This document shows positions 9,126 through 18,897 of a DNA stretch of 64,000 bases, in pieces; the first letter of the stretch is position 1, and each line of letters opens with the position of its first letter. The stretch spans positions 1 to 64,000 of the forward strand of contig JBKHVI010000007.1 of NCBI GenBank assembly GCA_046570105.1. Direction: 5' to 3'. A model generated the notes under the pieces. The model saw only the letters and a program-made list of their open reading frames with translations. It did not search any database and was not told the DNA's origin. The translations under genes were made by a program, and so were the position numbers. This stretch comes from Bacteriovoracia bacterium (lineage in GTDB: Bacteria; Bdellovibrionota; Bacteriovoracia; Bacteriovoracales; Bacteriovoracaceae).

Positions 9126-9962
9126 ATGGCTTTTGATCGCCTCTTGTTCGGTACTGCTGGTGTTCCCAATAGTACTGCCAAGAAAAACAATCCAGTTGAA
9201 GGCGTTAAGCGCATTCATGAACTCGGATTGGACTGTATGCAGTTAGAATTCGCGCACGGCGTACGTATGAAGGAAGAAGTTTCTTCAGCGCTTCGTAAAG
9301 TGTCGTATGAATTGGGTGTTCCACTCACTTCACACGGTCCGTATTACATCAACTTGAATGCTCGTGAGCAGGACAAGATTGATTCATCGGTTGAGCGTAT
9401 TATCCAAACAGCGAAGATCTCTGATCTTTGTGGTGCGGAAAGTATGACCTTCCACGCTGCTTTCTACATGAAAGACTCGCCGTATGATGTCTTTGATCTT
9501 GTTGAGAAGAGCTTGAACGTGATTGAAGAGCGCCTCTCGCGCCTGGATATCGAGATTGAGCTTCGCCCTGAGTTGACTGGTAAAACCAGTCAGTTCGGAT
9601 CTCTAGAAGAGCTTATATCTCTTTCTAAGAGCGTTGGTAGCTGTAAGCCTTGCATGGACTTCTCTCACTTGTTTGCTCGCACAGGCGACGTAAACAACTA
9701 TGATGAATTCTCAAAGGTTCTTGAGACTTTGAAGAATGAGCTAGGTGCTAATACTCTTAAAGAGATGCACATTCATATCTCGGGTATTTCAAGTAACTCT
9801 AAGGGTGACTTGAAGCATTTGAACTTGGAAAAATCAAAGTTCAATTGGAAAGACCTCATGAAGGCGCTTAAGGATAATAACTGTTGCGGTTACGTTGTGT
9901 GCAATAGTCCAAACCTTGAGGCCGATGCCCACATGCTCAAACAGTATTACATGTCGCTCTAA
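9126..9962 (+). CDS. nfo: Archaeal-type endonuclease IV / AP endonuclease 2 TIM-barrel protein
   Basis: FGTAGVP, HGPYYINLN, FHA, RPELTGK..QFGSL, DFSH..AR, HIHISGI, KH; the last metal-ligand Glu (ESP) appears as NSP. Confidence 0.8.
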   Translation: MAFDRLLFGTAGVPNSTAKKNNPVEGVKRIHELGLDCMQLEFAHGVRMKEEVSSALRKVSYELGVPLTSHGPYYINLNAREQDKIDSSVERIIQTAKISDLCGAESMTFHAAFYMKDSPYDVFDLVEKSLNVIEERLSRLDIEIELRPELTGKTSQFGSLEELISLSKSVGSCKPCMDFSHLFARTGDVNNYDEFSKVLETLKNELGANTLKEMHIHISGISSNSKGDLKHLNLEKSKFNWKDLMKALKDNNCCGYVVCNSPNLEADAHMLKQYYMSL

Positions 9963-9963
9963 T

Positions 9964-9992
9964 AAAAAGCCCCTCGAAAGAGGGGCTTTTTT
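9964..9992. terminator. Bidirectional intrinsic terminator
   Basis: AAAAAGCCCCTC-gaaa-GAGGGGCTTTTT between convergent genes. Confidence 0.9.
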
Positions 9993-10384
9993 TATGCTGC
10001 TTTTTGAGTGGCCTGAAATAAAAATTTTAATTCATTTAGATTCACGGCTTGATCTTTCTTGTTCCACATAAGAATCCACGGTCGATTGTCTTGTGATGTG
10101 AGTATCATTACATCAGATAGAACTTCTCCAGTCCAAACACTCATCGCCTGCGCCAAGGGCTTTGCATCTGTCCAACGAAGTAATTTGTGCTCTAGCGGAA
10201 GATCGAGCTCAGATCCGTTTAAAGAGAATCGAGCGATGTCGGGCCGTGACCATTCACCCACAAAATATTTAACACCAATTCGTGCGAGTTCACGCCTAAG
10301 TTGAAAGTCATCACTAATATGATTTGATGGAGCTGTTCCAAAAGTTTCATCCATCATTCTCGATATGAAGTGATCGTTTGACAT
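9992..10384 (-). CDS. Hypothetical protein
   Basis: 130-aa ORF with GGAGG RBS, its own sigma28-like promoter and a downstream terminator. Confidence 0.7.
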   Translation of the reverse strand: MSNDHFISRMMDETFGTAPSNHISDDFQLRRELARIGVKYFVGEWSRPDIARFSLNGSELDLPLEHKLLRWTDAKPLAQAMSVWTGEVLSDVMILTSQDNRPWILMWNKKDQAVNLNELKFLFQATQKAA

Positions 10385-10401
10385 GAAGTCCTCCAGAGGA
10401 C

Positions 10402-10429
10402 TTTTCGGTCAATCAAGTCATGACATTAA
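10402..10429 (-). promoter_or_regulatory. sigma28/FliA-like promoter
   Basis: TTAAT-N16-CCGAAAA on the minus strand. Confidence 0.55.
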
Positions 10430-10431
10430 GG

Positions 10432-10866
10432 CTATGGACTCACTTCGATGGTTTCGACTGATTCGTGATAGGTTTTTAAATTGCTGACATCGGCAATCAA
10501 CCATTTTCCTTCAACCCATTGAACTTCAGCGATTTTTTTCACTTCAGAATGCCACGTCGTTTTACCTTCGGGTGCCTGACGGTATCCGAGTGAATAAGTC
10601 ACGTAACAGCGTTTCTCTTGGCAATTTTTTGAAAGTACCTTGAAGGTATCGCGCTTGATTGAACGTAGATCGGCAAAGCGAGTGAACTCTTCTTCTGTCA
10701 TCGCCTCAAGAGAGCTGCGCAATTTCCCAGTTGTTCTCTCGACGACAAAATCTTTGGCGACAATTTTCTCGAGGCGAGAATCAATAAATTCTTTCAGGGC
10801 CGCCTCTGGTGAATCAGCTTTATTAACACAAGCAGCGAGCAGCAATGTAATGATGATAAACTTCAT
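10432..10866 (-). CDS. Hypothetical lipoprotein (NTF2-like/DUF4878-like)
   Basis: Lipobox LAAC; SPEAALKEF; C-terminal VEGKWLI. Confidence 0.65.
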   Translation of the reverse strand: MKFIIITLLLAACVNKADSPEAALKEFIDSRLEKIVAKDFVVERTTGKLRSSLEAMTEEEFTRFADLRSIKRDTFKVLSKNCQEKRCYVTYSLGYRQAPEGKTTWHSEVKKIAEVQWVEGKWLIADVSNLKTYHESVETIEVSP

Positions 10867-10869
10867 TTC

Positions 10870-11598
10870 TTACCTCAAAAGTCTTGGTTCCCAACCCATG
10901 TCTTCAAACAAATCAATGAGAGCGCTCCATGATAATTTGTCGGCGACTGGTTTTTTATTCCATTCTACCCCGATTCCTTTTCCATCCCAAGCAGCACACA
11001 CGACGGAGCCTTTTGCCCCAAACATATGTCCCTCGATAATAATATCGAGCGTGACTTCGCGGATACGGTCATCCCAAGGTTCTTCTAAGTAAAGGAATGC
11101 GCCTTCTTGATCCCAGTTCGTTAAATAGCCCTGAAAGCTTTTTTCGTCACTACCAACAGTGACTGCAACCCGAACGGCCATAGGGGCATCTAAATTATCG
11201 AGTCGATAGTTTGGTGAAAAAACTGCGCGACTAAATGACCAACTGAGAAGTTGATAAAAGGTGTATGTCATACACACATAGAGGAAAAGCACGATCATTA
11301 GAACTTTATTGAAATTTAAAAATAGTCCTTCCAGACTTCGAAAAATAACAGCTGCACAGAAGAAGGCGAAAAAATATCGAGCATGGCTATTATGACGATA
11401 AGTCATAACAAAGGCTGGTAGTGCGATGACCAATATTCCCCATTCATCCATCAATGATTTTTGCAAAAAGACTAAGTTCAAAAATGGTAGGCTGGATTGT
11501 AGAGATTTTTGCAAAATGAGGAAAAATATCGAAAGCACCATGAAAAGCATCGTGTTTCGAGCAGCGGAATGAAATGTCCATACTTTCAAATTTTGCAT
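10870..11598 (-). CDS. Four-TM membrane protein with C-terminal PilZ-like domain (degenerate)
   Basis: 4 TMs, then VRVAVTV..GYLTNWDQEGAFL..GSVV..GIGVEW, a PilZ-like pattern. Confidence 0.6.
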   Translation of the reverse strand: MQNLKVWTFHSAARNTMLFMVLSIFFLILQKSLQSSLPFLNLVFLQKSLMDEWGILVIALPAFVMTYRHNSHARYFFAFFCAAVIFRSLEGLFLNFNKVLMIVLFLYVCMTYTFYQLLSWSFSRAVFSPNYRLDNLDAPMAVRVAVTVGSDEKSFQGYLTNWDQEGAFLYLEEPWDDRIREVTLDIIIEGHMFGAKGSVVCAAWDGKGIGVEWNKKPVADKLSWSALIDLFEDMGWEPRLLR

Positions 11599-11620
11599 AA
11601 GCGCCTTATCCTAATGATAA

Positions 11621-11812
11621 ATGAAAACGCTAGAAATAGCTCCAACATGTATCTCGTGCGACAATTGTAGGTCGGTTTGCCCTGAAAGGGCCATTGTAAC
11701 CAATGGGAAAGAGTATTACATCGAGAACTGGAGTTGTACTCTCTGTGGTCTCTGTATTGAGGTTTGTCCTGTGGAATGCATCAAAGAATCGAGTGATCAA
11801 TCTAAGCGTTGA
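11621..11812 (+). CDS. Small 2x[4Fe-4S] ferredoxin
   Basis: CISCDNCRSVCP and CTLCGLCIEVCP. Confidence 0.85.
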   Translation: MKTLEIAPTCISCDNCRSVCPERAIVTNGKEYYIENWSCTLCGLCIEVCPVECIKESSDQSKR

Positions 11813-12750
11813 ACTTCACCATCAAAAACCAGACATTTCTCAGCGCCTTTCGCAATGGCCTTACCAGACAGAACAATTCCTGGAGGATGTTCAGGTAAAA
11901 CATCTCCCAGACCTAAGTGAATTAATTTTGGAACATTACAATTATATGATCTTATCGCTGGATTAATTTTTGTTTTATCGATTCCCTTAATCTGCTCTAA
12001 AAAAAGTAAAAACTCGTCGGCCTTACCGACTGATAGCTCCTGAATGATTTTGTTCATCGAGGTAAAGTAGCGATCCGCTGTGCCAAAGTCCCAATATTCT
12101 CCATTGGGAAGTTGAGCACTTTTAATTTTATGAGCAGGTGGGCAGACACTTTCAAAAAACTTTGAGGGACCTGTCGTTTTTTTTAAAGATGACAAATTTA
12201 TAAGTGAGTTGCCTGAATAAGTACAAACCTCTGTGTCACGAGGTAGATCTTTGTTCTGAGTTATTCCCTTAAAACATCTTTCATTATCAAAATCAAGTCG
12301 ATTGTACCCATCAGAACTATTCACCATCCAGGTCAACAAGATCGCATCAAAGCCAGTATTTTTCTTTTTCCAATTTTCTAGATCGCTTGAAGTAAACCAG
12401 AGAAACTGATCTGCGTTTAGTACCAATAGTTCGCCAGAATAATTTATCTCTGGTCTTCGAGCAAGGTTGTGAATTCCACCACCGATATCAAGGATCTCAG
12501 GTGTTTCACGTAGCCACGTTACATTGTCAAAAGCGGGAATACTTTTAGTGCGCTCTAAGATTTCATCTGCCTGATGAAATAGATTAATGTAAATATTTTC
12601 ATAACCAAGTTTACGAGCAAAATGAACTTGGATTTCTAGCAGACTCTTCTCGAAGATTGGCCACATTACCTTTGGAAGTTTTTTTCCAATCGGCCCCATG
12701 CGTGTCCCAAAGCCTGCGGCCAAAATCAAGGCACACTTCTTAGCTTGCAT
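11797..12750 (-). CDS. murU: Sugar-1-phosphate nucleotidyltransferase, MurU-like
   Basis: ILAAGFGTRM..LPK, GGG, LNAD, WDFGT; immediately downstream of an amgK-like gene. Confidence 0.7.
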   Translation of the reverse strand: MQAKKCALILAAGFGTRMGPIGKKLPKVMWPIFEKSLLEIQVHFARKLGYENIYINLFHQADEILERTKSIPAFDNVTWLRETPEILDIGGGIHNLARRPEINYSGELLVLNADQFLWFTSSDLENWKKKNTGFDAILLTWMVNSSDGYNRLDFDNERCFKGITQNKDLPRDTEVCTYSGNSLINLSSLKKTTGPSKFFESVCPPAHKIKSAQLPNGEYWDFGTADRYFTSMNKIIQELSVGKADEFLLFLEQIKGIDKTKINPAIRSYNCNVPKLIHLGLGDVLPEHPPGIVLSGKAIAKGAEKCLVFDGEVQRLD

Positions 12751-13771
12751 AATAAACGCTAAACAACAGTTTTCTCAATTTGGTATAACGATCATCACTC
12801 ATCAGAGTCATTCGAATCTTTTCCATTCCGTAGCCGATATATTTTAAATAACGAGCATCCTGGCGAGTGGCATAGATATAAGAGAAACTACCGATGGCCT
12901 TAAACACTCGCTGAATCAGCATATCGTTGTAGAGCTGACAGAAAGTATTCCAATCCCCTTGACCATGGGCAGATGCCGGAAGATTGTCAAAATAATGCCT
13001 TTTAAGATTTTCACGGTTTTCTGGATTGAGTTCGTAATAACAATCTTCCAGAAGAGAGACTAAGTCATATTGTGGAATTCCCCAGCGAGCATCTTGGAAA
13101 TCGATGAAGATTAGTTCATCTTTTTTGACCATGATATTTCTCGAATGAAAATCACGGTGAGTGAGAACCATCGGTTGCGCCGCCAAACGATGACATACTC
13201 GATTAAGTTCTTCTCTTATTTCGGCGGTAACGGCTGGATCATTGAATTTCAAAAAATGTGTGAAAAAGAATTTAAAAGTAAAATCAATCTCCTGCATGTA
13301 TTTCTCATGATCGAAAGAAAGATTGAACAACATACTTTTTTCAATCTGAGCACGTGGCAAACGGTGTAAAGTCAAAAGCTGATTAACCACTTGTAGATAG
13401 AGTTTATGCTCATGCGCTTTATCGTTTATCGTCGCTAAATAAGTTAGGAATGTAATATCTCCCAAATCCTCTTCAAGGATGTAGCCTTTTGCCAGCTGAG
13501 CATCATAAATGGCCGGAACACGTACACCGGCGGAATTAAGAAAGTTTTGTTTACTAACAAAGGGATGGGGAATGCTTTCATCAAGTTGTGGATTATCCAA
13601 ACAGACCACATAAGAATTCGTCGGCGTGAAAAGTCGGTAATAACGGCGAGTCGATGCATCGCCTGTTAACTTATCAACCAAATCTAATTTCTCTCTCTTT
13701 ACGAGATCTCTATCCAGTGATTGAGTAAAGAGTTCTTCAATAAAGAATCTTTCTGCTTGTTCAGGCTTCAT
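12740..13771 (-). CDS. amgK: Anomeric MurNAc/GlcNAc kinase AmgK-like (APH family)
   Basis: GDASTRRYYR, EDLGD, HRDFHSRNIM, IDFQDA..G..YDLVSLL, QRVFKAIGSF. Confidence 0.8.
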   Translation of the reverse strand: MKPEQAERFFIEELFTQSLDRDLVKREKLDLVDKLTGDASTRRYYRLFTPTNSYVVCLDNPQLDESIPHPFVSKQNFLNSAGVRVPAIYDAQLAKGYILEEDLGDITFLTYLATINDKAHEHKLYLQVVNQLLTLHRLPRAQIEKSMLFNLSFDHEKYMQEIDFTFKFFFTHFLKFNDPAVTAEIREELNRVCHRLAAQPMVLTHRDFHSRNIMVKKDELIFIDFQDARWGIPQYDLVSLLEDCYYELNPENRENLKRHYFDNLPASAHGQGDWNTFCQLYNDMLIQRVFKAIGSFSYIYATRQDARYLKYIGYGMEKIRMTLMSDDRYTKLRKLLFSVYYAS

Positions 13772-14562
13772 ACACTTCTATCCTTTACGTAGAAGAGAAA
13801 TTGATAAAACTCCTTGGAGGATTCGCGACGAGCATAAGTTAATTCATCCTCTGACTTCGATCGTCGAATCATAAAAGCCTTAAACAACGCCTCTTCTCTC
13901 GAAATACTACCGGCATCACCCTGTAGGGGAATAAAGTCAGCCGTATTTCTGTTAATCGTTTGGAGCCAAGATAAATAATATTCTCCATCAAAGCCAGATC
14001 TTCTGATTGAATAATAGGCCCACTTATGAATTTCCATTTTTTCATCAACTTCAATTCTATTAAATGCAAGCATGCGTTCGACTGGCAAATAGCCAACCGG
14101 GATAATGATAGATCTGTTGTATAGATTTTTTTCACTACGTATTAACTCGTAACACAATACAGCCGCTAAAATGGCTTCATGTTTAATGTATTTGTTAACA
14201 AGCGCTGTTGATAAAAACACCACTTTGCCGGGAATTGAAAAATGATATGGAATCGAATCTTTAATAATATGAATACGTGGACGTTGTTTGTCTTGAAAGA
14301 AAAGTTCATTGTTTTGCAGGATCAGATAGGCCAAATTTTCAATGTACTCTCGAGCTTTTCCAGCAAGAACTAGCTCCTGTCCCTTTTCTGAATTCAGAAA
14401 TGTCGTTTCAAACGAAGCAAGATGTCTCGAGTAATCTTCCTGGCCGTAGTCAGTCCATCCCCTTACCTGCGTTGGATCTTCTTTTTGAGTAAAGAATGGA
14501 ATCCTGACCTGAGCACAAGATAATAAGAGAAATAAAAGGAGGGCATGACTTATGAATTTCAT
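13768..14562 (-). CDS. M48 (BepA/LoiP-like) lipoprotein lacking HExxH
   Basis: Lipobox LLSC; HFSIPG..FLSTAL..EAILAAVLCYELIR versus canonical NAFALPGG..EAELAAVLGHEIGH. Confidence 0.6.
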   Translation of the reverse strand: MKFISHALLLFLLLSCAQVRIPFFTQKEDPTQVRGWTDYGQEDYSRHLASFETTFLNSEKGQELVLAGKAREYIENLAYLILQNNELFFQDKQRPRIHIIKDSIPYHFSIPGKVVFLSTALVNKYIKHEAILAAVLCYELIRSEKNLYNRSIIIPVGYLPVERMLAFNRIEVDEKMEIHKWAYYSIRRSGFDGEYYLSWLQTINRNTADFIPLQGDAGSISREEALFKAFMIRRSKSEDELTYARRESSKEFYQFLFYVKDRSV

Positions 14563-14564
14563 AG

Positions 14565-14591
14565 GAAAAGAGGAGGCACAAAGCCTCCTCT
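14565..14591 (-). terminator. Intrinsic terminator-like hairpin after the LysM gene
   Basis: Minus strand AGAGGAGGC-tttgt-GCCTCCTCT followed by TTTCC, ending a few nt before the next ATG. Confidence 0.6.
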
Positions 14592-14598
14592 CAAGATT

Positions 14599-15264
14599 TT
14601 AAAGCTCGTAGCTACCGGCAGGAACCTTACCTTGCTCCAACCAATAAATGGTGAAGCCTGCAAAGATTCTGTTTGGATCTTTAATAAGTGGCTTATTGTT
14701 GTCCCAGATGCTCTTCCACTTTTTAGATGTTCCATAAACACTTCCTGAGATTCCGCCTAGAGTGTCACCCGTGCGAATCAAATATGGATTACCTTGTGGG
14801 CTCCACTCGAAAGTCTGAGAAGGCAGAGTGTACTTAATTTTTGCGCCCGCAGGAATGATGCCGTTCTTCACAGCACCTGCGTTTTTGCGCGAAAGATCAC
14901 GCCAAAGTCCGTAATCGCCATAAAGTTTGAAAGCAATCATCATGAGAGTTTCGTTCTTTTGAACGATGTACTCTCCCTCACCGTCTCCCAAAGTCACAGC
15001 ACCAACAGGTGCCACGCTCGAAACGACAGGTTCAGCATCATCCAACGAAGGCATGTTTCCTGCCTCAGTGGTTTCAGTTGAAATGGCTGAATCATCAAGT
15101 GCTAGCGAGTTGTCGGTGTCCGCTAGCGGATCCGTTTCAGTAAACTCATCAGCGTCTGACAGCTCAATCTGTGGGGTGTCTTGAGAAACACTTTTTGCCG
15201 ATTTAGTGCGTGAGCAACTCACCATTAAAAGGGCAGGTAATAGCATCCATGCGATAGTTTTCAT
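14599..15264 (-). CDS. LysM-domain lipoprotein (two LysM repeats)
   Basis: Lipobox MVSC, acidic linker, YIVQKNETLMMIAFKLYG and YLIRTGDTLGGISGSVYG..W..I..N..I.DPNRIFAG; GAGGAG RBS before ATG 15264. Confidence 0.85.
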   Translation of the reverse strand: MKTIAWMLLPALLMVSCSRTKSAKSVSQDTPQIELSDADEFTETDPLADTDNSLALDDSAISTETTEAGNMPSLDDAEPVVSSVAPVGAVTLGDGEGEYIVQKNETLMMIAFKLYGDYGLWRDLSRKNAGAVKNGIIPAGAKIKYTLPSQTFEWSPQGNPYLIRTGDTLGGISGSVYGTSKKWKSIWDNNKPLIKDPNRIFAGFTIYWLEQGKVPAGSYEL

Positions 15265-15348
15265 TATCACTCCTCGATGAGAACGTTCATAACAAGTAAC
15301 CTTATTATAGCGCGGGTTTTAAAAAAGAGAGGAAAACTTTATTTGCCG

Positions 15349-16020
15349 CTAGAAAGTAAAAAACATATCTTTTTGGTCGATTGAATCTCCGATTCGTAGG
15401 ACCAAGCGATTGAAGTGTTCTTCATTTTCCAAGAAATCCAACTCATCCGTATCAACGATGAGCGACTTTCCAAGATTGTACTGCCCGTACCATTCATCAT
15501 AGTACTTATTAAGTCGTGTGAGGTAGTCGACTGGAATACTCTGCTCGTAATCACGGCCACGTTGCTTAATTCTCTCGAGCAACTTAGGCACAGATCTGCG
15601 CAAGAAAATCATTAATGTTGGAGGATTCAAATACGGCGTCATTGTATCGTACAAAGTACGGTAGTTCTGATAATCGCGATCATCTAGCGTGCCTTGATCA
15701 GCGAGGGCACGAGCAAAGATATTAGCGTCTTCATAGATCGAGCGATCCTGAACACAAGAGGCTCCCGTCGCTTCAATAAATTTGTGGGTATTAAATCGGT
15801 GGGTCAAAAAATAAACCTGCAAAGGAAATGACCACCGGGACATATCCTCATAAAAACTCGCAAGATAAGGATTGTCCTGTACAGACTCATAGTGAGGCTT
15901 CCAACCAAGACGCTCAGAGAGCTTCTTGGTAAGCGTGGTCTTTCCGCAGCCGATATTGCCAGCAATCACTACAAAAAGTTGGTTGCTGTTAGCGAGTTGC
16001 TGAAAAACTTGTTCGGCCAT
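15349..16020 (-). CDS. Deoxynucleoside kinase (Dck/Dgk family)
   Basis: GNIGCGKTT P-loop, NPYL..FY, DRSIYED, RIKQRGRDYE. Confidence 0.9.
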   Translation of the reverse strand: MAEQVFQQLANSNQLFVVIAGNIGCGKTTLTKKLSERLGWKPHYESVQDNPYLASFYEDMSRWSFPLQVYFLTHRFNTHKFIEATGASCVQDRSIYEDANIFARALADQGTLDDRDYQNYRTLYDTMTPYLNPPTLMIFLRRSVPKLLERIKQRGRDYEQSIPVDYLTRLNKYYDEWYGQYNLGKSLIVDTDELDFLENEEHFNRLVLRIGDSIDQKDMFFTF

Positions 16021-16143
16021 GAAAGGCTCCTTACGAGTGTGAAGAGGGTTAGGTTAACCGTCCCAAGACAGAAAATCTTGACTCGCCTGCTCAGAAAAGA
16101 AGCTCGTATTTACGGCAGTGTTTCATTCATATAAGCTATTTTC

Positions 16144-17115
16144 ATGGGTTGGAAGAATTTCTGCTTTTTTATCGTAACCTTACTTTTTCTCACTGGCGTA
16201 AGTCGGGCCCAGACGCTTGTCGACGAGGCCAAAGCTCCCCTAACTGAAGATGCTTCAGGTGAAGGAGTATTTAGTGAAACAATAAAAATTATTTCCGCGT
16301 CCAAGAAGATATTTGTTTTAACCAATAACAATCAGCAGCTTGGTCAGGGTGACTTCATCTCTTTAGCGCTAGACAACAATTTGGCTGCTAGAGCTATTGT
16401 GGCCAAGGGTCATGAGGGCCAAGTCGGCATCAAAATAATCAAAATCTACTCTCTCACTCAATGGTCTCGCCTAAGAAAAGGTGCTGAAGTCCAAGTCATA
16501 CGTGGGGACGATTCAATGTTTGGCAAAAAAGCCGAAGTTAAAGTTGAAACGACAGAAAAAGCTCCCACGATTAAAAGTGAAGAGGATTTATTCAACGATT
16601 CAGTGTTGGATGAAAGTGGTGAGCTTGATGACAATACAAAACGTCATATCAAGCCCGACAATCTCATTTCCGTTGCAATGGGTTTTGTCGATGAAGCTGA
16701 TCTTGAAGGTGGCGGTAAGCGTGCCACTCAATTCTCTGGAGCTTGGGCCTATCAATTTTCAGATAATTGGTTCGGTGAATTCGTTTATGCTCAATCTACA
16801 TTTAGTGACTTCCCCAATAAGGGTGTCGTGACCCAAGTGAATAACGTGGTTGGACGAATCAAGTTTAACTTCAAGGCCCCACTTTATTCTTTCATTATGC
16901 CGTACATCGGATTCCAGCAACAAACTGCTGCGAGAGATTCTAAAATTGAAGGAAATCCCGCAGCCGAACAACGAGAACAAGATCGCATTGATGAATTAAA
17001 AAAAATCGGACCTGTTTTTGGTGTCACCCTATTGCGACGTCTCGTTCCGGGTTGGTTTGTAAAAGCTGATCTCGGTTCAGAAATTCTCAATGTTGGGGTC
17101 GCCATTGAGTTTTAA
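16144..17115 (+). CDS. Exported protein with a C-terminal outer-membrane beta-barrel
   Basis: Signal peptide, N-terminal beta domain, amphipathic strands, terminal VGVAIEF BAM-type signal. Confidence 0.65.
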   Translation: MGWKNFCFFIVTLLFLTGVSRAQTLVDEAKAPLTEDASGEGVFSETIKIISASKKIFVLTNNNQQLGQGDFISLALDNNLAARAIVAKGHEGQVGIKIIKIYSLTQWSRLRKGAEVQVIRGDDSMFGKKAEVKVETTEKAPTIKSEEDLFNDSVLDESGELDDNTKRHIKPDNLISVAMGFVDEADLEGGGKRATQFSGAWAYQFSDNWFGEFVYAQSTFSDFPNKGVVTQVNNVVGRIKFNFKAPLYSFIMPYIGFQQQTAARDSKIEGNPAAEQREQDRIDELKKIGPVFGVTLLRRLVPGWFVKADLGSEILNVGVAIEF

Positions 17116-17263
17116 GTTTTTCATTCTTCTTTTTTTTCTTATTTCATGTGGCGTGAAGGGACCTCCAAAAGCACCGAAGGAAGCAAGCATTCCTTCCATA
17201 GAAGAAGACCATCCCGACTTAAAGCTTAAGCCTGGTACGATGTATCCTGTTAAAGCGCCTTAA
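17090..17263 (+). CDS. Small lipoprotein with CGxKG motif (LptM/YifL/LppL-like), absent from the ORF track
   Basis: Translated by hand: MLGSPLSFKFFILLFFLISCGVKGPPKAPKEASIPSIEEDHPDLKLKPGTMYPVKAP*. Alternative start TTG 17105. Fills the gap between the OMP gene and folK. Confidence 0.7.
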   Translation: MLGSPLSFKFFILLFFLISCGVKGPPKAPKEASIPSIEEDHPDLKLKPGTMYPVKAP

Positions 17264-17266
17264 ATT

Positions 17267-17725
17267 ATGGCACTCATTATCGCCACGGGATCAAATCTCG
17301 GGGATCGCTTAGAGAATCTTGCCAATGCCCGCAAAGCTCTAGAAAAGAATTGGAAACTCATTGCAGCAAGTCGCGTCTACACTTCTGCGGCAGTAGACTA
17401 CGTTGGTCAACCAGAGTTCGCTAATCAGGTTCTTCAGTTTGCGCTTCCATGGGAAACACCAACAGATGTCATGCGAAAACTTTTAGAAATTGAGCTTACG
17501 CACGGACGCGAGAGAAACATTCTGCGTGGGCCTCGAACACTCGATATCGACATCATTTTCTGGGGACTTGAAGTGATACGCACTCCGTCACTCGTCACTC
17601 CGCATGAGCGCTGGAGAGAAAGAAGTTTTGTTGTTCGCCCATTATCTGAATTACCTTTCTTCCACGCTATCGAAAAATGTTTTACAATCCCAAAGGCATT
17701 CGCAACCGAAGCACTCCCCCTCTGA
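17267..17725 (+). CDS. folK: 2-amino-4-hydroxy-6-hydroxymethyldihydropteridine diphosphokinase
   Basis: GSNLGDR, QPEFANQV, GPRTLDIDI, PH..RSFV.PL. Confidence 0.92.
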   Translation: MALIIATGSNLGDRLENLANARKALEKNWKLIAASRVYTSAAVDYVGQPEFANQVLQFALPWETPTDVMRKLLEIELTHGRERNILRGPRTLDIDIIFWGLEVIRTPSLVTPHERWRERSFVVRPLSELPFFHAIEKCFTIPKAFATEALPL

Positions 17726-17736
17726 AAGGATTCAGT

Positions 17737-18873
<1,137 letters not shown>

Positions 18874-18897
18874 AAATTTTCGTCCAAAGGAGCGACC

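Noticed and set aside
11797..11812. Convergent 3' overlaps (also 48446-48459, 51072-51075, 60037-60058) as antisense regulation
   Set aside because: Short overlaps are common in compact genomes and nothing else supports a regulatory role
17130..17137. T8 homopolymer as a phase-variation tract in the small lipoprotein
   Set aside because: Short, and explained by Phe/Leu codons of a signal peptide
17677..17736. Longer start for the acyl-CoA dehydrogenase
   Set aside because: Overlaps folK; MDF start at 17737 has an RBS and the typical N-terminus
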